From positions 3,648,001 through 3,712,000 of the forward strand of contig OY970194.1 in assembly GCA_963708075.1 (NCBI GenBank): a DNA stretch of 64,000 bases. Direction: 5' to 3'. Both the position numbers and the translations under genes were made by a program. The notes beneath the pieces are model-generated. The model worked only from the letters and a program-made list of their open reading frames with translations, made no database searches and was not told where the DNA came from. This DNA is from Sedimentisphaerales bacterium. GTDB taxonomy: Bacteria > Planctomycetota > Phycisphaerae > Sedimentisphaerales > Anaerobacaceae. Shown piece after piece: positions 50,742-60,717 of this stretch (the stretch's first letter is position 1; the number at the start of each line of letters is the position of its first letter).

Positions 50742-52274
50742 CTACACCTTGTCTGCGGTGGGGCAGACGAAGGGGGGGCGATATTCGCGGTGGAGGAGCT
50801 TGTTGGCGGGTTCGCTGTTGGTGAAGACCTCCTTTTGCGGGTCGAACGTCAGCAGCGGGCCCATGGACATCGGGTACTTGTCGAGATCGACACCGTTGTC
50901 TTTCAAATGCCGCACGGTGCGGTTCAGAGTATCGATGTTGTCGTCGTGGCTTTTGGTCTTTTCAAGGATGGCCTTGGCCTGGTCCACGGAGACCTTGTTC
51001 TTTTCGCCGAGGTAGTAACTGATATTGGCCAAGTGAGCCACGGCGGCGGAGAGGTGGCCCTGGAAGGCGTCGGCGTTGAGGGTCTCGGCCTTGCGGCTGC
51101 GGACAGCGTCGAGGAAGTTGCCGTAGTGATTGCCGCCGCCTTTGAATTCCTTGACCTGGTTGCCCTTGAGGTCGAAGACGACGCAATACGTGTATTCCCT
51201 CTGGACGAGGATGCCTTCGGAGCCGTAGAAGATGACGCCGATCTGGTTGCCCTTGGTGCTGCCAAAGAGCTTGTTGATTTCGTCATCGGCGGAGTTATTG
51301 ACGGACAGGCCGCGGGTCTCGAAGACCATCGTCTTGTCGCCGTAATCGTAGATGCCGACCTCGGTATTGGCCGTGTCGCCGGCGTCGATGTACTTATCGT
51401 CCTTGCGTTCCGCCTGGTATCCCAGCCGGCCGCCGTACGTGATCACACTGTTGGGCTGGCGGTTGATGCCCAGCCCCCAGCGGGCGATGTCGCTCTGGTG
51501 CGGGCCCTGGTTGCCCGAGTCGCCGTTGCCGTACAGACGCTGCCAGTGCCAGTCGTAGTGGAACCGTTGGCGGGTGAGCTTGGGCGTGGTGTACGGGGCC
51601 GGGCCACTCCACAGGTCGAAATCGGCCTCCGCAGGGATTGGATAGTCGCCCAGTGGACCGATCGACGCTCGGCGTTTGTAGCACAGCCCGCGGGCGAGTT
51701 TGACGGTGCCGATGCCGCCGTCGGCGATGAACTTCATGGCGTCCTGGATGGCCCGGTTGGAACGGCATTGCGTGCCCACCTGGCAGATCCGGCCGTACTT
51801 CTTCGCGGCGGCCACGAGCGCGGCCCCTTCGGGGATGTCGTGGCTGATCGGCTTTTCGATGTACGCGTCCTTGCCCGCCTGCATGGCCCACACGCCGCAC
51901 AGCGCATGCCAGTGGTTTGGCGTCGCCGTCGAGATGAAATGGACAGACTTGTCATCAAAGACCTGGCGCATGTCCCGGACCCACTTGGGCCGTCGCCCGG
52001 TCTTCTTCTCGACCGCGTCACAGCCCTTCTGGCCGACTTTCTCGTCAATATCGACGATATAGGCGATCTCGACATCTTTGCGGCCGGAGTAAGCGCCGAT
52101 GTGATCGCCGCCGCGACCGTTACAGCCGATCACGGCACATAGGAGCTTGTCATTTGGGCTCGCGGCCTGTCCCCTGGCCGGACCGCTGAACATCGGGGCC
52201 GCGGATAACACCGCTGCCGCGGACAGGGACTCCCGCAGGAATTGACGACGTGTGTGTTTCATCATGGGTGCCAC
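50742..52274 (-). CDS. Gfo/Idh/MocA family oxidoreductase, Tat signal
   Basis: TRRQFL, IGCNGRG, TPNHWH, YIEKP, HYDWHW, GNQGPH. Confidence 0.92.
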   Translation of the reverse strand: MAPMMKHTRRQFLRESLSAAAVLSAAPMFSGPARGQAASPNDKLLCAVIGCNGRGGDHIGAYSGRKDVEIAYIVDIDEKVGQKGCDAVEKKTGRRPKWVRDMRQVFDDKSVHFISTATPNHWHALCGVWAMQAGKDAYIEKPISHDIPEGAALVAAAKKYGRICQVGTQCRSNRAIQDAMKFIADGGIGTVKLARGLCYKRRASIGPLGDYPIPAEADFDLWSGPAPYTTPKLTRQRFHYDWHWQRLYGNGDSGNQGPHQSDIARWGLGINRQPNSVITYGGRLGYQAERKDDKYIDAGDTANTEVGIYDYGDKTMVFETRGLSVNNSADDEINKLFGSTKGNQIGVIFYGSEGILVQREYTYCVVFDLKGNQVKEFKGGGNHYGNFLDAVRSRKAETLNADAFQGHLSAAVAHLANISYYLGEKNKVSVDQAKAILEKTKSHDDNIDTLNRTVRHLKDNGVDLDKYPMSMGPLLTFDPQKEVFTNSEPANKLLHREYRPPFVCPTADKV

Positions 52275-52281
52275 TCCTTAG

Positions 52282-52366
52282 GATTTATGACTTACGATCT
52301 ACAACTTGGCGCTTCGCGACGAGCCGCAGGCCTCAATTGTAATTCGTAAATCGCAATTCGTAAATC
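52282..52366. repeat. Inverted pair of (GATTTAC)n-like heptamer tracts
   Basis: gatttatgacttacgatctac ... aattgtaattcgtaaatcgcaattcgtaaatc. Confidence 0.65.
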
Positions 52367-52846
52367 TCATTGGTGCCCGCCGCCGCGGAGCATCTCGATG
52401 GCGTGCGGCAGGAGGTCCAGGATCACCTCCAGGCACTCGCGAACGGCCGTGGGGCTGCCGGGGAGATTGATCACAAGCGTGCCGCCGCGAATGCCTGCGA
52501 CAGCCCGCGAGAGCACCGCGCGGGGAGTCTTCTCGAATCCCTTGAGCCTCATCAGCTCACCGAAGCCGGGGACCATGCGGCTGCAGACAGATGCCGTGGC
52601 CTCGGGAGTGACGTCTCTCGGTCCGAATCCCGTTCCGCCCGTCGTCAGCAGCAGCTCGACCTCCCCATCATCCGCGAGTCTCACAAGCTCGGCGGCAATC
52701 GCGTCCCGGTCATCGGGCACGACGGTCCTTTCCGCCACGACAAACTGGTCGCCGGACAGCATCTCCTCAACGGTCCGGCCGCTGACATCTTCGCGCTCGC
52801 CCCACGAGCAACTGTCACTGACGGTTACTATGCCCACTCGAATCAT
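52367..52846 (-). CDS. mogA: Molybdopterin adenylyltransferase MogA/MoaB
   Basis: TVSD, D.SG, TTGGTGFGPRDVTPEA, NLPGSP. Confidence 0.92.
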   Translation of the reverse strand: MIRVGIVTVSDSCSWGEREDVSGRTVEEMLSGDQFVVAERTVVPDDRDAIAAELVRLADDGEVELLLTTGGTGFGPRDVTPEATASVCSRMVPGFGELMRLKGFEKTPRAVLSRAVAGIRGGTLVINLPGSPTAVRECLEVILDLLPHAIEMLRGGGHQ

Positions 52847-52854
52847 AGGCAACC

Positions 52855-53394
52855 TCAATCGTGTCCCCCACTTTGCTCCGGCCTTTTATAGTCGCCACTA
52901 TGCCCACCCGTCTTTTCCAAAAGCCGGATGCCGTGGATAGTCATGCCCTTGCCTGTGTACTTGAGCATATCATAAATGGTCAGGCACGCCGCCGCAACAC
53001 CGTGCAGGGCCTCCATCTCGACGCCGGTCTTGCCCGACGATTTCACCGACACTGTCACAATCACCGATTCATTCGCCTCGTCGAGTGCAAAGTCCACGTC
53101 GATGCCCTCGATAAGGATCGGGTGACACATGGGAATGATGGCAGGCGTGGATTTCACCGCCTGGATCGCCGCCACCTTCGCGGTCGCGAGCACATCGCCC
53201 TTCGGGCACGTCCCGCGACGGAGAGCATCGAACGCCGCCTCGCCCAAGAGAATGGAGCCCCCGGCTTTTGCCGTCCTCACGGTGATTTCCTTGCCACTGA
53301 CATCGACCATGCCCTTCGATTGCGGATTGCGGATTGCAGATTGCGGATTATCGCCGCGACTGGAATCCGAAATTGGCCTGCCTTTTCTTTTCAC
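52855..53394 (-). CDS. moaC: Cyclic pyranopterin monophosphate synthase
   Basis: MVDVSGK, KGDVL, IPMCHP, TGVEMEAL, IYDMLK, LLEKTGG. Confidence 0.95.
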   Translation of the reverse strand: MKRKGRPISDSSRGDNPQSAIRNPQSKGMVDVSGKEITVRTAKAGGSILLGEAAFDALRRGTCPKGDVLATAKVAAIQAVKSTPAIIPMCHPILIEGIDVDFALDEANESVIVTVSVKSSGKTGVEMEALHGVAAACLTIYDMLKYTGKGMTIHGIRLLEKTGGHSGDYKRPEQSGGHD

Positions 53395-53399
53395 CAGCC

Positions 53400-54362
53400 C
53401 TACCCTCCGATCTGCTGCATGAGGAAATCGCCCGCGGCGGCGTTCAGTTTTGTGTGCTGATTCTTCTCTCGCAGCGCTTTTCGCAGCAGGCTCAGGATCG
53501 CGTCATCGCCGGCGCCGCCTCGCAGGAGCTTCTTCACGTCATAAGAGTACCCGTCATACAGACAGGGCTTGATTCTGCCGTCGCTGCTCAGCCGCAGACG
53601 CGTGCACTGCCTGCAGAATACCGAGGACCGTCCACTGATGAACCCGATGGCCCCGGCGGCGTTCTCAATGTTGAAATACACGGCGGGTCCGCCGCTGTCG
53701 GGCACCACGAGGGCCGCGAGCGGTCCGAATCTGGATTCAATGGTGGCGCGGACCTCGCTATTCGGAACGTAGCAGCTTGCCGGCCCGGTGAGTCTGGTCG
53801 TCGGGCAATACTCGATGAATCGGACTGCCACCGGCAGACGAAGGCTCATCTCGGCCAAGGCCTCCACCTGCGACAGGTTCACGTCCCGCATGACAACGCA
53901 GTTGATTCGCACAGGCGCCAGGCCGACATCCAAGGCCCTGTGCATGCCGTCGATCACCCGCGACAGCACATCCGCCCCGGCAATCCGCCGGTAACACTCG
54001 CGATCCAGCGCGTCGAGGCTGATGTTGACCCGCCGTAAGCCTGCCTCTTTGAGCTCGGCAGCCATCGAGGCAAGAAGCACGCCGTTGGTCGTCATGGACA
54101 GGTCATCGACGCTTGGAATCCCCGCGAGCCTCTGCACGAGATCGACGATATCCTCCCGCAGCAATGGCTCGCCCCCCGTCAGGCGGACCCGCCGGATCCC
54201 GCACTGCGAGCAAAGCCCGACCACACGGACGATCTCATCCGTGCCCAGAGTCCCCTGACCCTCTGCGAGATGCGCGTGGCCGAGCGGATTGCAGTAGATG
54301 CACCGCAGGTTGCACCGGTCCGTGACCGAGACTCGCAGATAGTCTATGTTCATTGCCGGCAT
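53400..54362 (-). CDS. moaA: GTP 3',8-cyclase
   Basis: YLRVSVTDRCNLRCIYC, TGGEP, CRQCTRLRL, PCL, C-terminal IGG. Confidence 0.95.
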   Translation of the reverse strand: MPAMNIDYLRVSVTDRCNLRCIYCNPLGHAHLAEGQGTLGTDEIVRVVGLCSQCGIRRVRLTGGEPLLREDIVDLVQRLAGIPSVDDLSMTTNGVLLASMAAELKEAGLRRVNISLDALDRECYRRIAGADVLSRVIDGMHRALDVGLAPVRINCVVMRDVNLSQVEALAEMSLRLPVAVRFIEYCPTTRLTGPASCYVPNSEVRATIESRFGPLAALVVPDSGGPAVYFNIENAAGAIGFISGRSSVFCRQCTRLRLSSDGRIKPCLYDGYSYDVKKLLRGGAGDDAILSLLRKALREKNQHTKLNAAAGDFLMQQIGG

Positions 54363-54366
54363 CAAT

Positions 54367-55557
54367 TCACAATCCTGATCTCGGGAGCAGCCTGACATTC
54401 ACAAACGCTGCCTTCTCGATTCGCTCGACGCCGATTCCCATGCTGATCAGCCCGTCCGCCTGGCACAGAGCAAGGACATGGCCCGAGCCATGATACTCTA
54501 CGGGCCGGACGGTCGTCGCACCCATCAATCTCACCGGGACGAAGCCCTGTCTCTCGGTGTCTTCCCTTGTGATGGCCTCGTCGAGACTCATCTGAACGGT
54601 CGCGGGCAAGTAATCATGCCCCATCAGACGATAAAGGAAGGGCCTCACCAGCAGCTCAAACATGACGAACGTCGCCACGGGATTGCCCGGCAGCCCGAAG
54701 CAGTATGCCCGCTCCGAGCGGCCGAACACTGTGGGCTTTCCAGGCTTGACGGCGATCTTCTCAAAGAGCAATCGGACGTTGTTGCGCTGAAGTATTGCCG
54801 GCACAAAATCGAAGTCGCCGGCCGACACGCCGCCCGAGACAATCACGACGTCGTCTTCGGCCAATGCAGTTCTCAAGGCCGTGTCGATATCGGCCTCGGT
54901 ATCTTTGACGATGCCGTAATCGCGAGCGACTACGCCCATGCTTTCGAGTTGAGCGGCAAGCTGGAGACTGTTTGAATTCCTGATTTGCGACGGCCCCGGC
55001 TTTTTCGCCGGCGCGACAAGCTCGTCGCCGCTGGCGATAACGGCTACCTTCGGCCTGTGTGCCACGAGCGGCCGCACGTGGCCGAAGGAAGCGAGCATCG
55101 CAATCTCCTGCGGACCGATCCGGCTGCCCTTTTGCAGGACAACTTGGCCGCGGCGAACATCCGCCGCCCTTCGGGAGATGTTGTCGCGCGTCTGTCCGCC
55201 CGTAAGACGGATGCTGCCGAGCCCAAGCGTCTGCGTCTGTTCGATCATGACTACGCAGTCGGCCCCCGGCGGAACGACAGCGCCGGTCATGATCTTGGCG
55301 CACTGGTTCGGCCCGATCCTTTTGACCGGGACAGCGCCGGCCGGGATCGTCTCCACCACCGCCAGCGCGTTGGCCAGGTCTTCCCGACGGCATGCATAGC
55401 CATCCATCGTCGCTTTGTCGAACGGCGGCATGTCCGCATCCGCCGCTACATCCTCCGCCAGGATGCGATCCAGCGAATTGCCCAGATCGACGCGCTCGGT
55501 TCCGAGCGGCCGGGCGGCGTCCAGGACAGTCTGCAATGCTTCTTTCAGCTCGATCAT
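54367..55557 (-). CDS. moeA: Molybdopterin molybdenumtransferase
   Basis: PPFD...MDGYA, IMTGA, SGDEL, SGGVSAGDFD, KPGKP, LPGNP. Confidence 0.95.
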   Translation of the reverse strand: MIELKEALQTVLDAARPLGTERVDLGNSLDRILAEDVAADADMPPFDKATMDGYACRREDLANALAVVETIPAGAVPVKRIGPNQCAKIMTGAVVPPGADCVVMIEQTQTLGLGSIRLTGGQTRDNISRRAADVRRGQVVLQKGSRIGPQEIAMLASFGHVRPLVAHRPKVAVIASGDELVAPAKKPGPSQIRNSNSLQLAAQLESMGVVARDYGIVKDTEADIDTALRTALAEDDVVIVSGGVSAGDFDFVPAILQRNNVRLLFEKIAVKPGKPTVFGRSERAYCFGLPGNPVATFVMFELLVRPFLYRLMGHDYLPATVQMSLDEAITREDTERQGFVPVRLMGATTVRPVEYHGSGHVLALCQADGLISMGIGVERIEKAAFVNVRLLPRSGL

Positions 55558-56231
55558 GGCTCTTTGGAGATTATCTGCGGCTCGGCTCCGAAGCACGAGC
55601 GGTAATCCTGCGGCGTGTCGATGCTCATCAGCACGGCACGGTCAGGGACATTCACCTCAAGGACCTGACCCTCATTGGAGGACACGACATGCCGGGCCCC
55701 CTTCTCTACAGGGGCGCTGGTAAGCTCGTCGAAGAGCGATCCTGCAAACAACGCCGGATGACCTCGTCGCTCGTTGAAGACCGGCAGCACGATCGGCCGG
55801 CGTGTCTCTCTGAACGCACCCACAAGCCGGTTGACGATGTCCGTCGTGAGGAACGGATGATCGACCAGGCAAAGGAGCATCGCATCTGTATCACCCGGCA
55901 GGCTCTTCAATCCCTTGATCAAGGATGACAACTGCCCCGCCGGGTAGTCCTCGTTCACCACTACATCCACCCCCGACAAATCGGCCGATGCCCGAACCAT
56001 GTCCGCCCGTGCCCCAAGCACCACCGTGGTCCTACTCACACTGGACTGACGCAGGACTGCGATGATCTGCTCCAGAAACGTCGCGCCGGCGCTCCCCGTA
56101 GGGCGAGCGTCCTCGCTCGCCCAAGGTCGTGCGGGGACGCACGACCTACGAAGAGGGCCAAAGCGCAGGAGAGGCTTGGGCATTCCCATGCGTCTGGATT
56201 CGCCGGCGGCCAGTACAAGGGCGTGGATCAT
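55554..56231 (-). CDS. mocA: Molybdenum cofactor cytidylyltransferase MocA-like, with an in-frame REP insertion
   Basis: LAAGESRRMG.PK, G..SS, VDHP, RGHP, DTPQDY; adjacent to xdhC. Confidence 0.88.
   Translation of the reverse strand: MIHALVLAAGESRRMGMPKPLLRFGPLRRSCVPARPWASEDARPTGSAGATFLEQIIAVLRQSSVSRTTVVLGARADMVRASADLSGVDVVVNEDYPAGQLSSLIKGLKSLPGDTDAMLLCLVDHPFLTTDIVNRLVGAFRETRRPIVLPVFNERRGHPALFAGSLFDELTSAPVEKGARHVVSSNEGQVLEVNVPDRAVLMSIDTPQDYRSCFGAEPQIISKEP
56097..56150. repeat. REP doublet inside mocA
   Basis: GTAGGGCGAGCGTCCTCGCTCGCCC-AA-GGTCGTGCGGGGACGCACGACCTAC. Confidence 0.82.
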
Positions 56232-57115
56232 GGGCAGTCCTCGCGCCGGGACAGCGTCATATGGCCGACGGCCGGCTCGTCGCCCAGCCGTCTGATTTTG
56301 ACCAGCTCGCACACGATGCTCAGGGCGATCTCCTCCGGCGTGACAGCCCCAATGGAAACCCCGATAGGCGAGTACACCCGGTCAAGCTGGCTCTGCGCGA
56401 CGCCCTGTTCTTTGAGCTTCTCCAGGATTGTCAGCGTCTTTCGCCTGCTGCCGATCATCCCGATGTATCGCGCAGGGGTCTTGACTGCTTGTTCGAGGAC
56501 GGTCGTGTCAGACCTGTGGCCTCGCGTGACGATCACGATGTACGAGCTGTCATCGACCCGTACTCTGTCAAACGTGCGCTCGACGTCCTCGACAACGATC
56601 TCATCCACATCGGGAAACCGCTGCGGGTTGGCGTACTCGGATCGGTCATCACAGACTGTCACGCGAAAATGCACGCCCCGGGCATATCGGGCGATGTAAT
56701 AGGACACGTGCCCCGCCCCACATAGAATCAGCATCGGCGCCTGGGTCAAGTCCCCCTCGGCGGCCCGGGCACGCTCTGCAAGCAACGGCAGAGCGGTCGC
56801 GTCGAACGTCTCAACGGCAAGATCGACCGATCCGCCGCAGATTCCCTTCTCGTCCTCGGCCGTCCCGGCCAGCTCGAAGCGAAACGTGCGGCTGGCCGGC
56901 CGGTCGAGCATCCGGGCGGCTTCTTCGATCATCCTCGCTTCGACCAGCCCACCTCCCACGGTCCCGGCGATGCTCCTGCCCCCGTCAAAGACAAGCATCC
57001 TGAAGCCTGTCTTGCCGGGGGTTGAGCCGGTGGTCGCCGTCACCGTGACCAGCGCCACATGTTGCCCGCCGTCGAGCAGCGAAATCGCCTTGCGAAACAG
57101 TTCAAGATCATTCAT
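56228..57115 (-). CDS. xdhC: XdhC/CoxI family Moco insertion chaperone
   Basis: GSTP, GTVGGG, ICGG, GAGHV, YIGMIGSRRK, PEEIALSI. Confidence 0.92.
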   Translation of the reverse strand: MNDLELFRKAISLLDGGQHVALVTVTATTGSTPGKTGFRMLVFDGGRSIAGTVGGGLVEARMIEEAARMLDRPASRTFRFELAGTAEDEKGICGGSVDLAVETFDATALPLLAERARAAEGDLTQAPMLILCGAGHVSYYIARYARGVHFRVTVCDDRSEYANPQRFPDVDEIVVEDVERTFDRVRVDDSSYIVIVTRGHRSDTTVLEQAVKTPARYIGMIGSRRKTLTILEKLKEQGVAQSQLDRVYSPIGVSIGAVTPEEIALSIVCELVKIRRLGDEPAVGHMTLSRREDCP

Positions 57116-57234
57116 ATTTTCTCTACACAATCGTGCCGGACAGATTGTATACTCAAAGCCCGTGACAGGAAATCACCTTTTTCGCGATGTCTGCACTGCA
57201 CAGCTTTTGGCACTTGCGTCAGAAGGGGGTTGAA

Positions 57235-57714
57235 ATGGCAGAAACGATATCGTTCACGCTCAATGGGCAACCGGTGACCCTCACCACGGACGGCCAGCGC
57301 CCGCTCCTGTGGGTCCTGCGGACCGATCTCGGTCTGACCGGCACAAAGTTCGGCTGCGGACAGGCCATTTGCGGCGCATGCACCGTCCTCGTGGACAACA
57401 AGGCGGTGCGATCCTGCGTCCACCCGGTGCGCAACGTCGCCGGCAGGAACGTTCGCACTATCGAAGGGTTATCCACAAACGGCGAGCTGCATCCCTTGCA
57501 GAAGGCCTTCGTCGAGCACGACGCCCTTCAGTGCGGATTCTGCACATCGGGCATGATCCTCACCGCCTACAGCCTGCTCCAGGAGAATCCGGAGCCAACA
57601 CGGGAGGAGATCATCGAGGGCATGGACCAGAACTTATGCCGCTGCGGAGCCCACACCCGCATCATCGACGCCATCCAGGATGCCGCGGCCCAAATGAAGG
57701 GAGGGAAGGCCTGA
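57235..57714 (+). CDS. 2Fe-2S small subunit (IorA/CoxS-like)
   Basis: GTKFGCG..CGACTV, QCGFCTSG, NLCRC. Confidence 0.93.
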   Translation: MAETISFTLNGQPVTLTTDGQRPLLWVLRTDLGLTGTKFGCGQAICGACTVLVDNKAVRSCVHPVRNVAGRNVRTIEGLSTNGELHPLQKAFVEHDALQCGFCTSGMILTAYSLLQENPEPTREEIIEGMDQNLCRCGAHTRIIDAIQDAAAQMKGGKA

Positions 57715-59870
57715 TGAACGAGAACCGCCACATGGAGATTGATTTCCACGATATCGTCACCGATCCCAACCTGTCGCGCCGCGAGTTCCTCAAAACCCTG
57801 GGCGGCGGGATCATCATCTTCTTCTGCATCGGCGACACTTCCGTGCTTGAAGCCCAGCGTCGGGGCGGCCGGGGCTATCCGGAGGACTTCAACGCCTATC
57901 TGCGGATCGGACCCGACGGTCGCGTCACTTGTTTCACGGGCAAAATCGAGCAGGGCCAGGGGGCGATCACGTCGCTGCCCCAGATGCTCGCCGACGAGAT
58001 GGACATCAGTCCGGACATGGTGGATATGGTGATGGGCGATACATCGCAATGCCCCTGGGATATGGGGACATTCGGCTCCATGACGATCCGCTTCTTCGGC
58101 CCGCCGTTGAGGGCGGCCGGAGCGGAGGCAAGGAAAGTCCTGATTGAGCTGGCGACCGAGCAACTCCAGGTGCCCCAGGAACGCCTGGCCGTCGAGAGCG
58201 GCGTCGTGTTCGACAGGGAGAACAAGGACAAGAAGGTCACGTACGCCGACCTGGCCAAAGGCAAAACAATTGAAAGACATGCTAAAGAGAAGCCGCCGGT
58301 GAAGGACCCGTCAGCGTTCAAGGTGATAAACAAGCCATTCCTGCATCGGGACGCGAAGGACAAAGTCACCGGCAAGGCCAAGTACGCGGGCGATATGTGC
58401 CTGCCCGACATGCTCTATGCGAAGATCCTCAGGCCTCCTGCTCACGGCGCCAAGCTCAAACGCGTGGACACCGCCGCCGCAGAGAAGATGGAAGGCGTCT
58501 CCGTTGTCCGCGATGGGGATTTTGTGGCGGTCCTGCACAAGAGCCCTGATGGGGCGGCAGCGGCCTTGGCCAAGATCGATTCCGAATTCGAGGTCCCGCA
58601 GGCGACCGTGGACGACAAGACGATCTTCGAGCATCTCCTGAAAAATGTGGGACGGGAGAACATCGCCGCCCAGGGCGGGCAGCTTGAGGAAGGCGAGAAG
58701 CAGGCCGAAACCGTTGTAGAGCAGACGTACCTTGACGGCTATAAGGCCCACGCGGCCATAGAGACACACACCGCTCTGGCCCAGGTCGAAGGCAGTAAGG
58801 CGACGGTCTGGGCGTCCACCCAAACGCCTTTCCCGCTGAGGGATCAGGTTGCCAATGCGCTTGGCTTCAAACCTGACGATGTCCGCGTCATCACGCCTTT
58901 CGTCGGCGGAGGCTTCGGCGGCAAGAGTGCCGGCCAGCAGGCCGTCGAGGCGGCACGATTGGCGAAAGCCACAGGCAAGCCCGTCCAGGTCATGTGGAGC
59001 CGGGAGGAGGAGTTCTTCTACGACACCTTCCGCCCGGCGGCCGTGGTGAAAATCAAATCCGGGATTACCAAAGAAGGCAAGCTGGCCTTGTGGGACTACC
59101 ACGTGTATTTCGCCGGCGATCGCGGAGCGGCGCAGTTCTATGACATTCCGCACCACCGCACCTCCAGCGTGGGCAGCGCCTTCGGTGGCGGACCCAGCCC
59201 GCATCCTTTTGCCACCGGCGCCTGGCGGGCTCCCGCCAATAACACGAACTCGTTCGCCCGCGAGTCGCAGATCGACATCATGGCCGCCAAAGCGAAGATG
59301 GACCCGATCGAATTTCGCCTCAAGAATCTGCGCGACGAGCGGCCAATCCGCACCCTCAAGGCGGCCGCCGAGAAATTCGGCTGGAAACCCGCCCCTTCGC
59401 CGAGCGGTCGTGGATTGGGCGTGGCAGTCGGCATCGACTCCGATACCTTCGTGGCGGAGATTGCCGAGGTCGAGGTCGATAAGCGCACCGGAAAGGTCCG
59501 GGTCAAGCGAATCGTCTGCGCCCAGGACATGGGTCTGGCGATCAACCCGCAAGGATCCACCATCCAGATGGAAGGCTGCATCACGATGGGTCTGGGCTAC
59601 GCGCTGACTGAGGACATCCGCTTCAAAGGCGGCATGATCCTCGACCGCAACTTCGACACCTATGAGTTGCCGCGATTCTCCTCACTGCCAAAGATCGAGA
59701 CGGTGATTCTGGACTTGCCAAACGAGCCCGCGCACGGCGGCGGCGAGCCGGCCATCATCGTCGTCGGCGCCGTGATCGCCAACGCCATCCACGACGCCAC
59801 CGGCGCCCGACTGCTCCAGTTGCCCATGACCCCCGACCGAGTCCGAAAGGCCATTGCCGCGATTGCATAG
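57714..59870 (+). CDS. Molybdopterin-binding large subunit (IorB-like), Tat signal
   Basis: SRREFL, EQGQG, GGGFGGK, AWRAP, FARES, QMEG, GGEP. Confidence 0.92.
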   Translation: MNENRHMEIDFHDIVTDPNLSRREFLKTLGGGIIIFFCIGDTSVLEAQRRGGRGYPEDFNAYLRIGPDGRVTCFTGKIEQGQGAITSLPQMLADEMDISPDMVDMVMGDTSQCPWDMGTFGSMTIRFFGPPLRAAGAEARKVLIELATEQLQVPQERLAVESGVVFDRENKDKKVTYADLAKGKTIERHAKEKPPVKDPSAFKVINKPFLHRDAKDKVTGKAKYAGDMCLPDMLYAKILRPPAHGAKLKRVDTAAAEKMEGVSVVRDGDFVAVLHKSPDGAAAALAKIDSEFEVPQATVDDKTIFEHLLKNVGRENIAAQGGQLEEGEKQAETVVEQTYLDGYKAHAAIETHTALAQVEGSKATVWASTQTPFPLRDQVANALGFKPDDVRVITPFVGGGFGGKSAGQQAVEAARLAKATGKPVQVMWSREEEFFYDTFRPAAVVKIKSGITKEGKLALWDYHVYFAGDRGAAQFYDIPHHRTSSVGSAFGGGPSPHPFATGAWRAPANNTNSFARESQIDIMAAKAKMDPIEFRLKNLRDERPIRTLKAAAEKFGWKPAPSPSGRGLGVAVGIDSDTFVAEIAEVEVDKRTGKVRVKRIVCAQDMGLAINPQGSTIQMEGCITMGLGYALTEDIRFKGGMILDRNFDTYELPRFSSLPKIETVILDLPNEPAHGGGEPAIIVVGAVIANAIHDATGARLLQLPMTPDRVRKAIAAIA

Positions 59871-59897
59871 TGACTCTGAGATTGGGTGCGACGATCT

Positions 59898-60006
59898 GGG
59901 TGGCAGCGTCAAGCGCAGCTTGGCAATGGCTTGCCTTGAACTGAGGGTGGCTTATACAGAAAAGGGTGAACCATCGCCAAGGCCTTCGGCCTTGACGCTG
60001 CCACCC
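59898..60006. repeat. REP doublet upstream of the RAYT
   Basis: Same arms as the dispersed REPINs, with a longer spacer. Confidence 0.9.
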
Positions 60007-60053
60007 GAGTAGCTGTGCTACACTGTCGGACGTTAGAGAAGTTGAGCACTGCC

Positions 60054-60620
60054 ATGTTGAGCGGGGAGAGATACACAAAACGATGCGAGCGATGGAATAG
60101 AGCGGGTCATGCGCATGAGTTGACATTCAGTTGCCATCAAGGCCATCCGTTTCTCGCCAAAGAGCGGACGTGCCTCTGGTTGGTCGATTCGATCAATAAC
60201 GCCCGGCGCAGGCACGACTTTGATCTCTGGGCGTACGTCTCCATGCCAAACCATGTGCATCTGATTGTCTGTCCAAGAAGAGAACACTATTCCATATCGA
60301 GTATCCTACAATCCATCAAGCAGCCGGCGGCACGCAGGGCGATACAGTACTTGAAGACCGGCAATCCTGAGGGTCTGCGCCTTCTGGCTATGGGCCAGCA
60401 GATTCGCCCCTATGAGTTCTGGCAGAAAGGCGGTGGGTACGACCGGAACATCGTGAACGTCGAGACCCTCATTGAAGTGGTGCGCTACATCCACAATAAC
60501 CCGGTGCGAAAAGGCCTTGTCGAGACGCCTGACCAGTGGCACTACTCCATCGCATCTGAGTGGGACAACAACCGGGCCGGCCCGATCCTCATTGATCGCG
60601 ACACCTTTCCGGCGCACTGA
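60054..60620 (+). mobile_element. rayT: REP-associated tyrosine transposase (RAYT, HUH Y1 family)
   Basis: LTFSC, MPNHVHLI (HUH), FWQ.G.YDRNI, YIHNNPV..GLV..W.YS; flanked on both sides by REPs. Confidence 0.9.
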
Positions 60621-60621
60621 A

Positions 60622-60717
60622 CCATCGCCAAGACCTTCGGTCTTGACGCTGCCACCCATCAAGTCACTCCCATGGCGCAGGTATTGGGTGGCAGCGTCAA
60701 GCGCAGCTTGGCGATGG
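60622..60717. repeat. Two REPs downstream of the RAYT
   Basis: 60622-60657 CCATCGCCAAGACCTTCGGTCTTGACGCTGCCACCC and 60686-60717 GGGTGGCAGCGTCAAGCGCAGCTTGGCGATGG. Confidence 0.9.

Noticed and set aside
60054..60620. Calling the transposase an IS200/IS605 element with TnpB
   Set aside because: There is no tnpB, and the flanks are multi-copy REPs also found far from the gene, which fits a RAYT.
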